Assembly (NCBI GenBank): GCA_040768865.1
Contig: JAXGMD010000001.1
Coordinates: 1,225,117-1,249,116 of the forward strand
From: Candidatus Copromorpha sp.
Lineage (GTDB): Bacteria > Bacillota > Clostridia > Peptostreptococcales > Anaerovoracaceae
DNA: 24,000 nucleotides
Reading direction: 5' to 3'
The first letter of the stretch is position 1. Each line of letters starts with the position of its first letter. Below are positions 21,656-24,000 of this stretch, piece after piece. The position numbers and the translations under genes were made by a program. Under the pieces are notes generated by a model. That model saw nothing but the letters and a program-made list of their open reading frames with translations, had not been told where the DNA came from and did not search any database.

Positions 21656-21680
21656 TTGTGCCGCCGACGAAGGCGGCGGA

Positions 21681-22805
21681 ATGGAGATTATTATGAAACT
21701 GTGGAAATTAATTATTATAATCTTCAGCATTGTTATCGCATTGTTAGTAGCCTTTGCATATAGAAACCTCAATTATGATTACGGAAACGACCGGTTTATG
21801 GAGAAGAAGGGTGCGGCAATCGGGTTCCGGGAGCAAATATACATAACCGAAGACGGCAGTGAAATCGCTTATCTTGAAGGTCCTGACAAGGGAGAGCCGC
21901 TTCTGCTCATTCATGGGCAGATGGTGTCCAAAGAGGATTATGCCAAAGTGCTTCCGGAATTATCAAAGCACTTTCAGATTTTTGCAGTGGACTGCTACGG
22001 TCACGGCAAATCATCAAAAGATCCTGAAAAGTACAACATAATTTCCATCCGCGACGATCTGATTTCATTTATGCACGATGTGATTAAGGAGAAAACCTTC
22101 GTGACCGGGCATTCCTCCGGAGCACTCATTAGTGCAGCGATAGCCGCAGAGAATAAAGAACAGGTGAATGGTCTGCTTCTTGAAGACGGTCCTTTCTTCT
22201 CAACGGAACCGGGGAGGGCGGAAAAGACTTTTGCTTACCTGGACTTTGCAACAATTAATGATTTTCTTTCACAGAACACAGAAAAAAACTATACAAAATA
22301 TTTTCTCGAGCACACATATACGAAAGAACTCTTTAATAAAGACGGTAAAGATAACTGGTCATTTCTTGTGAAAGATCCTTACACAAAACGTATCGATGAA
22401 AACAGCGGCAAAATGCCGGTTGTCTGGTACTATCCTCCTGAAATCGGTTTGAATGGAATGGTTTTTATAACACGCAATCTGCAGGATGGGACAGGTGAGT
22501 ATGATCTGAGGTTCGGTAAAACATTTTATGACTTTTCCTGGTTTAAGGGTTTTGATCAGAGAAAGACGCTGAGTGAAATTGAATGCCCGACAGTAATTCT
22601 TCATGTTGCTCCATCAAAGGAGACAGCACCGAGTTATTATGATGAAAATGGAATTCTGCTTTCCGCAATGGATGAAAAGGATGCGGAAGAAGTACAGTCA
22701 TTAATCAGGGGGAGTAAGCTTAAGTCCGGATATAAATCAGTTCATGATATCCATGCCGACCTGCCGGAGCAGTTCATTGAGGCAGTCATGGAGTTGGCCC
22801 TGTAA
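21681..22805 (+). CDS. Membrane-anchored alpha/beta-fold hydrolase
   Basis: It has an N-terminal TM helix (LWKLIIIIFSIVIALLVAF). LLLIHGQ precedes the oxyanion region. The nucleophile elbow is GHSSG (FVTGHSSGALI), and a C-terminal HDIHAD carries a candidate catalytic His. The alternative start ATG 21693 lies 5 nt after GGAG. Confidence 0.82.
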   Translation: MEIIMKLWKLIIIIFSIVIALLVAFAYRNLNYDYGNDRFMEKKGAAIGFREQIYITEDGSEIAYLEGPDKGEPLLLIHGQMVSKEDYAKVLPELSKHFQIFAVDCYGHGKSSKDPEKYNIISIRDDLISFMHDVIKEKTFVTGHSSGALISAAIAAENKEQVNGLLLEDGPFFSTEPGRAEKTFAYLDFATINDFLSQNTEKNYTKYFLEHTYTKELFNKDGKDNWSFLVKDPYTKRIDENSGKMPVVWYYPPEIGLNGMVFITRNLQDGTGEYDLRFGKTFYDFSWFKGFDQRKTLSEIECPTVILHVAPSKETAPSYYDENGILLSAMDEKDAEEVQSLIRGSKLKSGYKSVHDIHADLPEQFIEAVMELAL

Positions 22806-22908
22806 ATTTTGGGACTCTAACTTTTGCAGTCACCTCACTTCTGTTAACAGGGGGCGAATTATATTTCAGTTAACTTAAACAAATTTTATCTTGCCTGAAC
22901 TATAATTC

Positions 22909-22923
22909 ACATATATTATATGT
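22909..22923 (+). promoter_or_regulatory. Perfect 15-bp palindrome between a TATAAT box and the RBS of the HTH-ligase ORF
   Basis: ACATATA-t-TATATGT lies at 22909-22923, immediately after TATAAT (22901-22906). It is an operator candidate. Confidence 0.4.
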
Positions 22924-22954
22924 AACATCAGGAATAGTTACAGGAGGTAAAAAA

Positions 22955-24000
22955 ATGTCCTTTAGTCAAAATCTTAAAGAAGCACTTGCACGGAACAATA
23001 TGTCCATGACAGAACTGGCGAACAGTACCGGCATTACCTATAACATGATAAAAAAATATTGTGCCGGTGATGCAGAACCGACGGTTTCGTATGCGCTGAA
23101 AATGGCAAAAGAGCTGGATGTGTCCATAGATGAACTCATGAATCATCGGGCTTCCGATCAGAAAAATATGTTCCGAAAAGTTTTTGAACATGACTTTACC
23201 TATATTGAGGGATTTCTTCGCGTTGTAAGGAGAATGCCGGAAAAGGAGGCGCTTGTGGATCCTGCAGCCGGCAGAGTCTGGACATACAGTCAGCTCAACG
23301 GAGATGTAAACAGACTGTCCAATGCTCTTCTTGATGCAGGTGTGATGAAAGGCGATGCTGTCTTGTTTCAGCTGCACAACTGCCCGGAATTCATTTTTTC
23401 GTATCTCGCCCCCCAAAAGATCGGGGCGGTAACAAGCCCTGCGAATCCGGGCTTTTCGCCGGAGGAAACAAAATCATGTCTGGAGTCAAGCAAGCCGAAA
23501 GTATACATATATGATGAGTCGAACAGGGAAGATGTAATCAGGGCTCTCGAATCTCTGGAAGAAAAACCTGAAATTATCATAATGACGGGAGCCGGCGAAT
23601 TGGCGGAGGGGCATATACGCTTCGATGATTTTGTTAAGAAGCACCCTGATACCGAACCGGTGACGGATTTTGAACCTTATATATATGACGAAATCATGAG
23701 ACTTTACACATCAGGAACAACCGGAAAACCGAAAGGTGTGCCGCTTTTCAATGCGAACGAGGTGCTTTCGTGTCACGATGTAATGATGCATTTCCCGATG
23801 AACTCTACGGATGTTTCCATGAACACAACACCATGGTTTCATCGCGGCGGAATACATTCAGGAGGTCCTGCTCCAACATTCTTCGCGGGAGGCAAGGTGA
23901 TTATCATGAAGTTATTCCAGCCTCAGCTTGCACTTAAATATGTACAGAAGTACGGTGTTACATTTCTTGTCGGTACACCGTCAATAATGAAAATGCTGGT
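22955..24000 (+). CDS. XRE-type HTH domain fused in frame to an AMP-forming acyl-CoA synthetase/ligase (3' end off the window)
   Basis: It is absent from the ORF track because no stop occurs before the window end. I translated all 348 codons by hand and found no stop. An AGGAGG RBS lies 7 nt upstream. Residues 1-62 (LKEALARNNMSMTELANSTGITYNMIKKYCAGDAEPTVSYALKMAKELDVSIDELM) form an HTH_3 domain. Ligase features follow: PEKEALVDPAAGRVWTYSQLNGDVNRLSNALLDAGVMKGDAV, then the AMP-binding motif YTSGTTGKPKGV (~23704-23739). Confidence 0.8.
   Translation, partial: MSFSQNLKEALARNNMSMTELANSTGITYNMIKKYCAGDAEPTVSYALKMAKELDVSIDELMNHRASDQKNMFRKVFEHDFTYIEGFLRVVRRMPEKEALVDPAAGRVWTYSQLNGDVNRLSNALLDAGVMKGDAVLFQLHNCPEFIFSYLAPQKIGAVTSPANPGFSPEETKSCLESSKPKVYIYDESNREDVIRALESLEEKPEIIIMTGAGELAEGHIRFDDFVKKHPDTEPVTDFEPYIYDEIMRLYTSGTTGKPKGVPLFNANEVLSCHDVMMHFPMNSTDVSMNTTPWFHRGGIHSGGPAPTFFAGGKVIIMKLFQPQLALKYVQKYGVTFLVGTPSIMKML

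Noticed and set aside
22928-23580. Two minus-strand ORFs (162 aa and 70 aa).
   Set aside because: They are antisense to the uninterrupted HTH-acyl-CoA ligase frame, which carries unmistakable AMP-binding motifs.
1-24000. CRISPR arrays, tRNA genes and rRNA genes.
   Set aside because: There are no regularly spaced 25-40-bp repeats. The only T-arm-like GGTTCGATTCC sequence belongs to tmRNA. There are no rRNA-like conserved blocks.

Overview
The window looks like a Firmicutes/Clostridia-type chromosome, judged from strong AGGAGG-type RBSs, the gene content and an smpB-ssrA pair. Positions 1-7361 are housekeeping: the 3' part of an RluA-family pseudouridine synthase, two tandem signal peptidase I genes, smpB, a small coiled-coil ORF, tmRNA (tag AKTKPNFALAA), the class II B12-dependent ribonucleotide reductase nrdJ behind a promoter with NrdR-box-like sites, and rtcB. 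From about 7362 to about 21660 the sequence looks more AT-rich by eye (not computed) and reads as a mosaic defence/toxin-antitoxin island. In order it holds: a Schlafen-like AlbA_2 + HATPase_c_4 + wHTH protein behind a phased TTGAAG hexamer array; an AbiE pair with an intact AbiEi antitoxin and operator but a broken AbiEii toxin; hipBA; a RhuM-like gene remnant; a tightly coupled operon; a type I toxin locus missing from the ORF track; a class II-like Fic protein with a non-canonical active-site motif; and an IS110-family element. The operon encodes a 53-aa acidic ORF, a gamma-class NPPY adenine methyltransferase, a 1107-aa T5orf172/GIY-YIG-like + SF2 helicase + coiled-coil + degenerate methyltransferase-like protein, and an ADP-ribosylglycohydrolase. 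The type I locus has a 29-aa Fst/PepA1-like peptide with a perfect consensus promoter and a divergent terminator-bounded sRNA complementary to its start region. After the IS come a membrane-anchored alpha/beta hydrolase and an open-ended ORF that fuses an XRE-type HTH to an acyl-CoA synthetase. The best candidate for an undescribed system is the methyltransferase / T5orf172-helicase / ADP-ribosylglycohydrolase operon at 12273-18770. No CRISPR array, tRNA or rRNA was seen.
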